DNA of 64,000 nucleotides from NCBI GenBank assembly GCA_045613865.1, contig JAZLBT010000013.1, forward strand, positions 26,846 through 90,845. Direction: 5' to 3'. This stretch comes from Candidatus Spyradenecus sp. (lineage in GTDB: Bacteria > Verrucomicrobiota > Kiritimatiellia > RFP12 > DVOR01). Position numbers and translations under genes: made by a program. Each line of letters begins with the position of its first letter. Within the stretch, counting starts at the first letter, position 1. This document shows positions 30,538 to 39,830 of this stretch, in pieces. The notes under the pieces were generated by a model. That model worked only from the letters and a program-made list of their open reading frames with translations, was not told the origin of the DNA and ran no database searches.

Positions 30538-32583
30538 TTACAGCTTTCTACGAATACACTTTGTCGCGTTATCATATTCAAGCTGATATTTCTTGAGCCA
30601 TTCGGTCAAACGACTTGTCGCATAAGGGATTATTATCGCTTCAAGACGATTACGCTTAATCATTCCCTCAATGATTGTCGTTAAAAGAAACTTCTTATTT
30701 GTCTCTGAGAGCAATGAGGCCTCTTCAAAAACAAGACGCTTCATCTTTGTACACTTATCAAGGCAACCATCCAAAAATTCAACATTCATATTCATGATTT
30801 TTGTAGGCATCACAATCTCTTGCTCATCACTCTCATACTCGAAGAGATAGGCCGCCTTTTCTAAAATGCAAACCTTGGCGCCATCAACCTCTTCATAGGC
30901 CGCATTCCAATCGCGATCCCAGAAGCTTGGCAACTTCTTACCAAAGGCCGTACGCGGAATCAACCCACCCTCTGCGTTATACCAAACATCTGCAAGTTCA
31001 GTATCTCTAAACGCATTCCGTTCGTAGGTAATCGCAGTCGTATTCACATAGAGATTTTCAACCTTCATCCCCTTGAATGCTGTTGGTTTAACATTCAACG
31101 TATAACCTGCGATGTGCTGAATATAAATATCCGCATCCTTAGACGTACACTTCAAAAGGTGTAAACACTTTTCATCCGATGCATCAAGCTGCACGTCAAA
31201 AGACGACATCGGTTCATCAAGTTCAATCTGATGGGCAAGCAAGAATGAAGAAAGCGACTGAATAGGATTTGCAGGACGAACCTTCGGCACACTTTCCTTC
31301 TTTGATTTATCAATCAAAAGTGCTTGCATCACCTCAACAACCGCCTCACCAACATTCTCATCCGTTGCATTTGACAACGATGTGGTCGCAACAACTGATG
31401 TTGAGGTCTTCGCTTGCCGTCCAAAATAGGGGACATAACGGCCTTCTTCCGGCGAAGCAAGAGGTTTAAAGAGTGAAAGCGCCCACACGGCATAAAGAAG
31501 AATCGTCAACAAAAATGCACCCGCGCAAATAATACACTTTCGCACCAATGCACGCCAAGGCGTACGATAGCACGATTTCATTCGCATCAATGCGGTATGC
31601 AAATCACCCAATGTCCGATAACGATGCGTAGGATCTGAATCTAAACAGCAATGAAGAATCTTTTCCCACTTCTCATTCAACGGTGGCGTTGATGGCAAAA
31701 GAAATTCACCTGAGAAGATTTCACCCGTGAGCAATTGATACATCGTCACACCCAAGGCATAAAGATCCGTCTGCGGTGAAGGCGGCTCGCCCATACGCAA
31801 CTCAGGCGCCATGTAGTTAATCGTTCCCAACACAAGGTGATAGGCTTGACCATTCGTCTGCATACGCAAAGATAACGAACGATCCTGACCATTCATCATA
31901 CGCTTACGAAGCGAAGCATCGGCAACCTTTGCCACACCAAAATCTGCCACCATCGCATGCCCGTCAGGACGAATCAAAATGTTTGCAGGCTTAATATCAC
32001 GATGAATCACCCCGCTCCCATAATGGTGAGCATAATTCAAAGCCGCAGCAACGTCTGCCACAATTCGACGGACAAGCACTGGATGGATAAGACGATTTAT
32101 ACGATGACCATACGTCACCATGTCTTCAAGCGAAAGCGAAACACACCCACCACTAATCGTGGGCTCGGGAGTCTCGTCCCAACACTCCAAAGGATGTTCG
32201 CCAAATGCAGCATGGAGTAAAGCATTCTTGCGCTTACTCGACATTGCCACATAATCCATCACAAAGTAAAGCGTCTTTGTTGCGGCATCCTGCTCAAGGG
32301 TTTGCACCGAGACAATATTCTCATGACGCAACTGCGCAGTGATACGCGCTTCTTGCAAAAAGCGATCCGCACAATCCTGCCGTTCAATCTCCGTATCCCC
32401 CTGAACAAATAACGTCTTCAATGCAAAACGTTGATGAAGCATCGAATGCTCCACCTCATAAACCGCACCCATGCCACCAACACCAATTTTTCGCAATACG
32501 CGATAAGAGCCAAGCATCATCCCTGCGGTGAGCTCAACATGTTCGTGTAACTGATTAACATTGACGGTCGGTTCGTAACTCAA
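30538..32583 (-). CDS. Membrane-anchored Ser/Thr protein kinase with ~300-aa extracytoplasmic C-terminal domain.
   Basis: GVGGMGAVYEV, HRDIKPANILI, DFG and APE. Transmembrane helix AGAFLLTILLYAVWALSLF. Large C-terminal domain of unknown fold. Confidence 0.85.
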   Translation of the reverse strand: MSYEPTVNVNQLHEHVELTAGMMLGSYRVLRKIGVGGMGAVYEVEHSMLHQRFALKTLFVQGDTEIERQDCADRFLQEARITAQLRHENIVSVQTLEQDAATKTLYFVMDYVAMSSKRKNALLHAAFGEHPLECWDETPEPTISGGCVSLSLEDMVTYGHRINRLIHPVLVRRIVADVAAALNYAHHYGSGVIHRDIKPANILIRPDGHAMVADFGVAKVADASLRKRMMNGQDRSLSLRMQTNGQAYHLVLGTINYMAPELRMGEPPSPQTDLYALGVTMYQLLTGEIFSGEFLLPSTPPLNEKWEKILHCCLDSDPTHRYRTLGDLHTALMRMKSCYRTPWRALVRKCIICAGAFLLTILLYAVWALSLFKPLASPEEGRYVPYFGRQAKTSTSVVATTSLSNATDENVGEAVVEVMQALLIDKSKKESVPKVRPANPIQSLSSFLLAHQIELDEPMSSFDVQLDASDEKCLHLLKCTSKDADIYIQHIAGYTLNVKPTAFKGMKVENLYVNTTAITYERNAFRDTELADVWYNAEGGLIPRTAFGKKLPSFWDRDWNAAYEEVDGAKVCILEKAAYLFEYESDEQEIVMPTKIMNMNVEFLDGCLDKCTKMKRLVFEEASLLSETNKKFLLTTIIEGMIKRNRLEAIIIPYATSRLTEWLKKYQLEYDNATKCIRRKL

Positions 32584-34275
32584 AATCGAAATTCCTTAAT
32601 GGGGGATTGGAAACAACATAATATTATCATAATATATATATTAATGTCCAACGTTTTTTCATATATATCAGTCTCCAACGTTTTTCACATAGACATAGAC
32701 GTAACATAGAGAAAGAAAAATCTTCCAAAGCCCTCATTCATTCTCCAAAAAATCCCATCCAAAAAGAGGAAAATACTCCTTCATCCTTTACTCTTTTACC
32801 CCTACTTTTAACACAGTTTTGAACGCTAAGAAAAAAGCAACACTCTACGACGCATAGGAATACATTAACCTATTCAACTTAAATGAGATAACGTAAATTA
32901 AAGAAGCCCTTTCTCTACTACCGCTTCATCTTGTTGATAACTTGTTCATAAACCTCCATTTCAATCCCTATTGTATCAGTTTAACGAGTTTTATACTATG
33001 AGGTTTTAGGCGGAATCATTTTTTTGTAGGACATTTTTTACGAGTGCGAAATAGTACATTCTGAATAAGTTTGTACTATTCTTTTTTATGGTGAATAAAT
33101 TGTTGAAATAAAGTATTGCTAGTCGAATCTTTGCGGCACGATTGGTGGTAGTACAAATGGTTGAAAAATTGATACCTATTGATTTGAAGATCAAAGCAAT
33201 AGGGTTTGACGCTCAAACCAAAGGGTTTGACCTTCAAATCAATAGGTATTAATTCTTCATTATTCCGCACTATATTTGCCGAGCCATAACTTATACATTT
33301 ATAATAACTTATCTTGAGTATTTTATGGCCAGCAATTTTAAGCTTAAAATCAGTACAATTTTTTTGGGGGCCAACACTTTTAAGGGGAAAATGACAAGCG
33401 GGGAAAATTCTTAAATAGTACAATTTTTGGGCGGGGACTTTTTAGACCTGTTTAGAAAATTCTAGAAAATAGTACAAAGCCCTGAAGAACTGAAACAATA
33501 GGGTTTGATTTTACCTCCTAACACGTCTCTCTATAGATCTCACAACAGATTGTAAAATAAAGAACTTATTCCATGTGTTAATAATTATTCAAAAAAAGCA
33601 GTCTTACGCCTCCCAATCTCAATCTAGCCAACGAAATAAATGATAATTTCCCCTTTCTCCCACGACAAATCTTCCAAGGAAATTAGAATAAAGATAACTT
33701 TTTTATCCATTCATTTCTCATCTCCATCCATTATGACACATCGTCACTTTTCCTAAACAAATATTACAGAACATTTTATGCAACGAAATATTTTTTAAGA
33801 ACTGTAAGAATTTCTCTTGACTCTCTTTCGCTCAATTTGATACCATGCGTCTACCTTTTACCCAATCGACAGGAATAGTACCCGGCAGGGCCGCGTTTTT
33901 ACGCAAACCCGTAAGGCCCGGCGAAGCATCCTTATGAGTGTCGTTTTGATGCGCACGAGTTCGACTAAGGTAAAAGGTTATTTTTTTCTACGCACTTCTT
34001 CTGCGTTATTTCACCTATTGAATTGCCCAATTGTAATTCACCCCTTCCCCCTCATACTCCAAACAATACAGTTTCTAACGCGTTGATATTTCTAGCGTAA
34101 GAAAATTCCTCCGCATTGTTTTGCGACTTTTGCGATTTAAATTTTCAATTATGGCCATTTAAGGTTGTAGAGGGGCAACTTTCTTATTTGCGTGTTGTTT
34201 ATATTTATGGTATAATTTAAAGCAATTTGAATATGAAGGAGATTGCATTGGCGTCTCTTTGAAGGAGTATTATTT
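32584..34275. promoter_or_regulatory. 1.7-kb AT-rich ORF-free intergenic island carrying several short-repeat families. Candidate divergent regulatory region, replication origin or ncRNA locus.
   Basis: The six-frame track shows no ORF longer than 60 aa. It lies between a 14-gene minus-strand array and a >13-gene plus-strand array. The repeats are detailed in the findings. Confidence 0.6.
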
Positions 34276-36699
34276 ATGCGCGTAGCATTAAGTTGGTTAA
34301 ACGAATTTGTTGATTTACATGACCAAACCGTTCAGAGCGTTTCGGATTTATTGACGTTTTCTGGTGTTGAAGTTGAAGCAATTGAGAATACTGGCACGGT
34401 TTTAGATGAATATTTTGTCGTTGGCGAAGTGCTCGAATGTGATGCGCATCCTGATTCGGATCACTTGCATGTGTGCAAGGTTTCTGATGGTAAAGATGTT
34501 TTACAGGTTGTGTGTGGTGCACCGAATGTTCGCGTGGGTGTCAAGGCTCCGCTTGCACGTATTGGCGCAGTAATGCCTGGGCCGGAAGGTTTTAAGATTA
34601 AGAAGGGCAAACTCCGTGGCGTTGAGAGCTTTGGCATGCTTTGCTCGAAGGATGAGCTTGGTCTCGGTGGCGCACATGATGGCATTTGGGAATTGCCGGA
34701 AGAGGCAAAGGCTGGCGAAAGCGTTCAGCAGTTCATGCCTGAGGCCGATACGATTTATGATTTAGAAATTACGTGGAATCGTCCGGACTGTTTGTCGGTG
34801 GTGGGTATTGCACGTGAATTGGCGGCATTGTTGGATCGTCCGCTCAAGTTGCCTGAAGTTGACTTTAACGAAGAAGGTCCGAGCGTCAAGGATGAAGCAC
34901 GTGTAATCGTTGAAGATTCGGAACTTTGCCCGCGTTACACAGCACGTGTTTTGAAGCAGCTTGACCCGAAGGCGCCTACACCGGATTGGATGGCGCGTCG
35001 CCTTGAACAGTGTGGCATGCGTAGTCTTGGCCTCGCGGTTGACGTGACGAATTATGTGATGTTGGAATTGGGCCAACCGTTGCATGCGTTTGACCATACA
35101 ACGTTGACGGATTCGACGATTATCGTTCGCCGTGCAAAGGATGGCGAAGAGATGCGTACGTTGGATGGCGTTGATCGTACACTTGATGAGTCGATGCTCG
35201 TGATTGCAGATTCTACGCGCGCTACGGCGATTGCGGGTATCATGGGTGGCGAAGAGACTGAAATTGCAGATGGTGCAACTGGTACGATTTTGTTGGAATC
35301 GGCATTGTTTGATGCAGCATCGGTGAAGTTCACTGCGACAAAGTTGGGGATTTCTTCGGAATCTTCGTATCGTTATGCTCGTGGTGTTGATCGCGATTTG
35401 GCAGATTTTGCAAGCCGTCGCGCTGCCTCGTTGCTCGCTCAGTATGGCGGAGCGGTTGTTTGCCGTGGCGTGATTGACGCTGATGCACGTGATACGCGTC
35501 CGATTGACGTGAAGTTAGAATATAAGCGTGTGAGCGATGTGATTGGCGTTGAAGTTGCGCCAAAGCGTGTTGATGCAATTTTGACATCGCTCGGCATCAA
35601 GAAGGTTTCGAGCCATGACACGTATGCAACATTCCGTAGCCCGTCTTGGCGTTATGATATTTCGTTGCCGGCAGATTTGATTGAAGAAGTGACGCGTATG
35701 AATGGCTTGGATGCTATTCCGACGCAGCTCCCGACGTTGGCCGCAGTCTCGCAGTTGCCGGAAGATTCCTTCCGCACGAAGAAGGCGGTTCGCCACGCAT
35801 TGTTGGCATTGGGCTTCACTGAAGCTATGCACTATTCGTTCCTCTCAAAGGCCGAATTGGATGCGTTTGATCCAACGGTCACCAATCGTCTTGTGATTCC
35901 TAATCCTGTTTCGGCAGATTATGGCATTTTGCGTGATAGCTTATTGCCGCAGATGATTGGTTCGTTGGGTCGTAATGCTGCACGTCAGATTGAATGTTGC
36001 GCACTTTTCGAAATTGGTCGCGTTTTCGCAGTTGATGCAAAGACGAACGCACCGACGGAATCGGATCGTGTTTCGTTTGGTATTATGGGTCCGTTTGGTC
36101 GTGATGCGCTTTCGCGCCGCAAGCCGTTGCGTGACGAAGAGGCTATGCTTTGGTTGAAGGGCGCCGTGGAATCGTTGTGCGAACGTCTTCATGCGCCGCG
36201 TTTTTCCTTCTATCCCATTCAGCACCCCGCGTTTGCAAAGGGTTATGCTGCGGAAATTTGCATCGGCCGTAAGCGCGTTGGTTTGATTGGTGCTGCAAGT
36301 GCAGAGATTCGCCATCGTTATCGTTTGAATACGCCGATGGTGGTGGCAGAAATTGATGTTGAGCAGTTGACGAAGGGCTTGGATGCGTTGCCTCGTTTAA
36401 AGCCGGTGCCGCAGTTCCCCGCAAGCCGTAAGGATATTGCCTTTATCGCGCCCTCCACGTTGACGCACGAAACAATTGTCAAGACCATTCGTAAGCATGC
36501 CCCAGCTGAGTTGAGTGATGTTGCACTCTTTGACATCTTCACCTCTAAGCAAATGGCCGATGGCACGCGCTCGATGGGTTATACATTAGAATTCCGCTCT
36601 GCAGAACGCACGTTGAAGGATGCAGAAGTGAATGCTGCTTTCGCAAAGATTGTTGCCGCGCTTCATGACGAGCTCGGCGTCGAGATTCGCGAAGCATAA
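34276..36699 (+). CDS. pheT: Phenylalanine--tRNA ligase beta subunit.
   Basis: Canonical N-terminus MRVALSWLNEF with AGGAG RBS 8 nt upstream (the track start at 34243 is too early). tRNA-binding, B3/4, B5 and C-terminal FDX-ACB regions are recognisable. Confidence 0.9.
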   Translation: MRVALSWLNEFVDLHDQTVQSVSDLLTFSGVEVEAIENTGTVLDEYFVVGEVLECDAHPDSDHLHVCKVSDGKDVLQVVCGAPNVRVGVKAPLARIGAVMPGPEGFKIKKGKLRGVESFGMLCSKDELGLGGAHDGIWELPEEAKAGESVQQFMPEADTIYDLEITWNRPDCLSVVGIARELAALLDRPLKLPEVDFNEEGPSVKDEARVIVEDSELCPRYTARVLKQLDPKAPTPDWMARRLEQCGMRSLGLAVDVTNYVMLELGQPLHAFDHTTLTDSTIIVRRAKDGEEMRTLDGVDRTLDESMLVIADSTRATAIAGIMGGEETEIADGATGTILLESALFDAASVKFTATKLGISSESSYRYARGVDRDLADFASRRAASLLAQYGGAVVCRGVIDADARDTRPIDVKLEYKRVSDVIGVEVAPKRVDAILTSLGIKKVSSHDTYATFRSPSWRYDISLPADLIEEVTRMNGLDAIPTQLPTLAAVSQLPEDSFRTKKAVRHALLALGFTEAMHYSFLSKAELDAFDPTVTNRLVIPNPVSADYGILRDSLLPQMIGSLGRNAARQIECCALFEIGRVFAVDAKTNAPTESDRVSFGIMGPFGRDALSRRKPLRDEEAMLWLKGAVESLCERLHAPRFSFYPIQHPAFAKGYAAEICIGRKRVGLIGAASAEIRHRYRLNTPMVVAEIDVEQLTKGLDALPRLKPVPQFPASRKDIAFIAPSTLTHETIVKTIRKHAPAELSDVALFDIFTSKQMADGTRSMGYTLEFRSAERTLKDAEVNAAFAKIVAALHDELGVEIREA

Positions 36700-36955
36700 T
36701 TGTAAAGGATTTGCGACACTGTCGCATCAGGAAGTGGACCCTGTCCTAAACGCGAATGGGCTGAATTTTCTCGAGCCTACGATTTTTTAGGATGGACCGA
36801 CTCGCCTTAAACAATTGGCACGCATATGCGTTGCGTACCGGCGGATGAGGCTTAGGACTGTCACTTGGACGCTTAGGGCTCCGAGGAACATGCAATACGT
36901 CTGGATGGGGTTTTTATTTTAGGTTTGAGCTTGGCTTAAGAGAGAGAGGTTAAGA

Positions 36956-37939
36956 ATGAAAAACTGGATGATGAGTCTTCTTCTCGTATGTCTTACCACT
37001 GCACTGCATGCAGCGGGAGCAAGTGATGTCGCCAAAAATATCTTTGGCAGTCGTGAGGCTGAGAAAAAGAACATTGAAAAGGGTGCAATCTTTATTGATG
37101 GCAACTTTATTCCTGCTCCTTATACACTCAAGCGTGAGGGCAACCTCATTCTTGTAAATGACAGGGTTGCTGCACGTTTCTTGGTTGATGACAAGGAAGA
37201 TGAGGCAGAAGGTGAAGATTCGCCCGAACTTCAAGATTCTGCCACACCCGCACGTCGTCAGTCTGCACGTGATGCTGAACAAGAGAAGCGTCTTAAGGCC
37301 GAAGAATTCCGCAAGAAGGGAATGAAGGGTGGCTCTCTCGCAGACAAGGCAAAGGCAAGAGAAAAAGCAAAGGCACCCAAGCCAAAGGCTGAATTCAATC
37401 GTGAAGCCTCTTCTTCGGGTGGTAATGGTCTCTTTGAAGAAGCCGATTATACTTATACCCCACCTTCCAAGCCTGAACCAAAGGCTGTTCCTTACATTCG
37501 CCCTGCAGCAAAGAAGTCGTTGAAGGAAATCGTTGCAGAACGTGATGCTATTGACGCAGCAAAGCGTGTCGATACCGCCGCTCTTGCTGCAGATGAAGCC
37601 TTTAAGGCCTTGGATGAAGAAGAAGTCGCACGTTATCGTAAGTCCTTGGATGCACGTTTAGCCAAAATTGAAGAAGCACTCCAAAAGGATGCTCTCGTCT
37701 TCTTCATTTCAACGAACATGAATATGAAGCTTGAAGGTCGCAAAACAATGTATAAGTTTGTTGCCAACTTTGAAAAGGATGCGAAGGGTAAGGCTGACGC
37801 ATTTGTAAAGGAATGGCCGGATCTTCCCAAGGCTTACTTAAAGCGCATCCACACCAATCGTTCGACAAATCTCAAGCAGATGAAGACCTTGATTGCGCGT
37901 GTCACGCGCGAATTAAAGGCTGCGAAGAAGGATGAGTAA
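36956..37939 (+). CDS. Secreted Lys/Ala/Glu-rich hypothetical protein, first gene of the Mla-like operon.
   Basis: Signal peptide MKNWMMSLLLVCLTTALHAAGA. Low-complexity charged protein. Stop lies 5 nt before the next gene. Confidence 0.5.
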   Translation: MKNWMMSLLLVCLTTALHAAGASDVAKNIFGSREAEKKNIEKGAIFIDGNFIPAPYTLKREGNLILVNDRVAARFLVDDKEDEAEGEDSPELQDSATPARRQSARDAEQEKRLKAEEFRKKGMKGGSLADKAKAREKAKAPKPKAEFNREASSSGGNGLFEEADYTYTPPSKPEPKAVPYIRPAAKKSLKEIVAERDAIDAAKRVDTAALAADEAFKALDEEEVARYRKSLDARLAKIEEALQKDALVFFISTNMNMKLEGRKTMYKFVANFEKDAKGKADAFVKEWPDLPKAYLKRIHTNRSTNLKQMKTLIARVTRELKAAKKDE

Positions 37940-37944
37940 TCACC

Positions 37945-39048
37945 TTGGAGGTCATTAACGTGGCAACGCGTACCGATCTACAGCTACCTGCGCTTCTCAC
38001 ACAGGCGCAGGTAGTATTGTTTTATAAAGACGCGTTAAAAGCGATTTCTAAAAGTGATGTAAAAGACATTTATCTCGACGCGTCAAGTGTTGAACAGGCC
38101 GATGGCACGGGGATTGCATTTTTGGGATATCTCCGCGCATTTGCGCGTCGCCATGAGAAAAATTGTCACATTCTTTCCCTCGCAGCGCATCATCAGCGAC
38201 AGCTCGATCTTTATGAAGCGGCACAAGCCACACATTCAGAAGAAAGTAAGACCAAGGACAAATCAAATTGTATCGTACGTATAGGTTCTGCGATTTGTCA
38301 AATTCTTGATCAGCTTTGTCGCATCATTGCTTATGTTGGCGAATTAATTTATGATCTCGCCACCCTTTATGCAGGCCATTTTCGTTGGCGAGAATGTAAG
38401 GAAGCCTTCTATCGCGCGGGGGTACAAGCTGTACCAGTTGTAATGTTAATTGGTTTTTTGCTTGGTCTTATTCTCGCGTTTCAGTCTGCGATGCCACTTA
38501 AGATGTTTGGCGCAGAAGGTTTTGTCGGCGGACTTGTTGGCATTGCTCTTGTACGTGAGTTAGGTCTCATCATTACAGCAATTTTAATGGCAGGACGAAG
38601 CGGTTCTGCCTTTGCCGCTGAACTCGGCACAATGAAGGTGAATGAAGAAATTGATGCGCTCTCAACAATGGGATTAAGACCTGTGCGCTTTTTAGCATTG
38701 CCACGCGTTCTTGCAGGTACGTTAGCGCTTCCCCTACTCTCGCTTTTTGCTTCTTTTGCAGGGCTTATCGGCGGCTGGGTTGTTATGCATATTCTCGGCT
38801 TTTCAACAACGTATTACCTTGACCAATTGACAGCATTTGTTAGCTTTGGAGATCTTGTTGGTAGTCTTTGCAAAGCTATTGTTTTCGGATTTACTGTCTC
38901 TGCGGTTGGATGTCGTTGTGGGCTTCAAGCCGGAAGTGATGCTGGCGCTGTTGGAACCGCCACAACGTCCGCAGTCGTAACAAGTATTATTCTTGTTGCA
39001 GCACTTGAGGGCATCTTCTCTGTTCTCTTCTATGCGATGGGGTGGTAA
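37945..39048 (+). CDS. mlaE: STAS (MlaB-like) domain fused to an MlaE-type ABC transporter permease.
   Basis: N-terminal ~100 aa have an anti-sigma-antagonist/STAS pattern. The remainder is a 5-TM MlaE-like permease. The probable real start is GTG 37960, after GGAGG. Confidence 0.7.
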   Translation: MEVINVATRTDLQLPALLTQAQVVLFYKDALKAISKSDVKDIYLDASSVEQADGTGIAFLGYLRAFARRHEKNCHILSLAAHHQRQLDLYEAAQATHSEESKTKDKSNCIVRIGSAICQILDQLCRIIAYVGELIYDLATLYAGHFRWRECKEAFYRAGVQAVPVVMLIGFLLGLILAFQSAMPLKMFGAEGFVGGLVGIALVRELGLIITAILMAGRSGSAFAAELGTMKVNEEIDALSTMGLRPVRFLALPRVLAGTLALPLLSLFASFAGLIGGWVVMHILGFSTTYYLDQLTAFVSFGDLVGSLCKAIVFGFTVSAVGCRCGLQAGSDAGAVGTATTSAVVTSIILVAALEGIFSVLFYAMGW

Positions 39049-39830
39049 CAATGAAGCGACCTCCCGCCATTCGCTGTGAACATGTCGCAACAGGTTATCT
39101 TGACCGTCCATTGATGGGAGATGTCAATTTCGATATCCACGCAGGTGAAATCGCTTTTATCCTCGGCAGTTCTGGCTGTGGGAAGTCGACACTCGTTAAA
39201 CATATCATTGGACAGCAGCCTCTTCTTGGTGGAGAGATTTATATTCACGGCGAAGCGCTCTCCACTGCCAGTGGTGATTCGCTTGAGCGTATTTTACGTT
39301 CTTTTGGTGTGATGTATCAAAGTGGTGCACTTTTTGGAAATTTAACATTGCTTGAGAATGTTATGTTGCCGCTAGAGGAGTTTTCGGGGCTCCCTCAAGA
39401 TCTATGCAAGGCAACCGCTCAACTTAAATTACGCCAAGTGGGGCTCTTAGATTATTGCAATGCTATGCCAGCGGATATTTCTGGAGGCATGAAAAAACGT
39501 GCAGCAATCGCACGTGCAATGGCACTTGAGCCAAGCATTCTCTTCCTTGACGAACCAAGCGCAGGGCTTGACCCCATTACCTCGGCAAATATTGATGCGC
39601 TTATTTATCAGCTCTCTCGCGAGCTTGGGATGACAATTGTTATTGTTTCACACGAGCTTGCAAGCATTGAAGCGATTGCAGATCGCGCCATCTTTCTTGA
39701 TCGCAAGGCAAATGGTGTGCTCGCGCAAGGAACGCCGAACGAATTAAAACAACTTTCCCAACTCCCACTTATTTATAACTTCTTTAATCGCTGTGCAAGC
39801 GAACATGAGAAAGGACTCCCTCATGCGTAA
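39042..39830 (+). CDS. mlaF: ABC transporter ATP-binding protein, MlaF-like.
   Basis: Walker A GSSGCGKST, signature LSGGMKKR, Walker B LFLDEPSAGLD, and H-loop. Alternative start at 39051. Confidence 0.85.
   Translation: MVTMKRPPAIRCEHVATGYLDRPLMGDVNFDIHAGEIAFILGSSGCGKSTLVKHIIGQQPLLGGEIYIHGEALSTASGDSLERILRSFGVMYQSGALFGNLTLLENVMLPLEEFSGLPQDLCKATAQLKLRQVGLLDYCNAMPADISGGMKKRAAIARAMALEPSILFLDEPSAGLDPITSANIDALIYQLSRELGMTIVIVSHELASIEAIADRAIFLDRKANGVLAQGTPNELKQLSQLPLIYNFFNRCASEHEKGLPHA

Noticed and set aside
34232-34261. uORF MKEIALASL as a Phe-codon-rich attenuator leader peptide (pheM-like).
   Set aside because: It contains no Phe codons. It was kept only as a possible translational-coupling element in the pheT finding.
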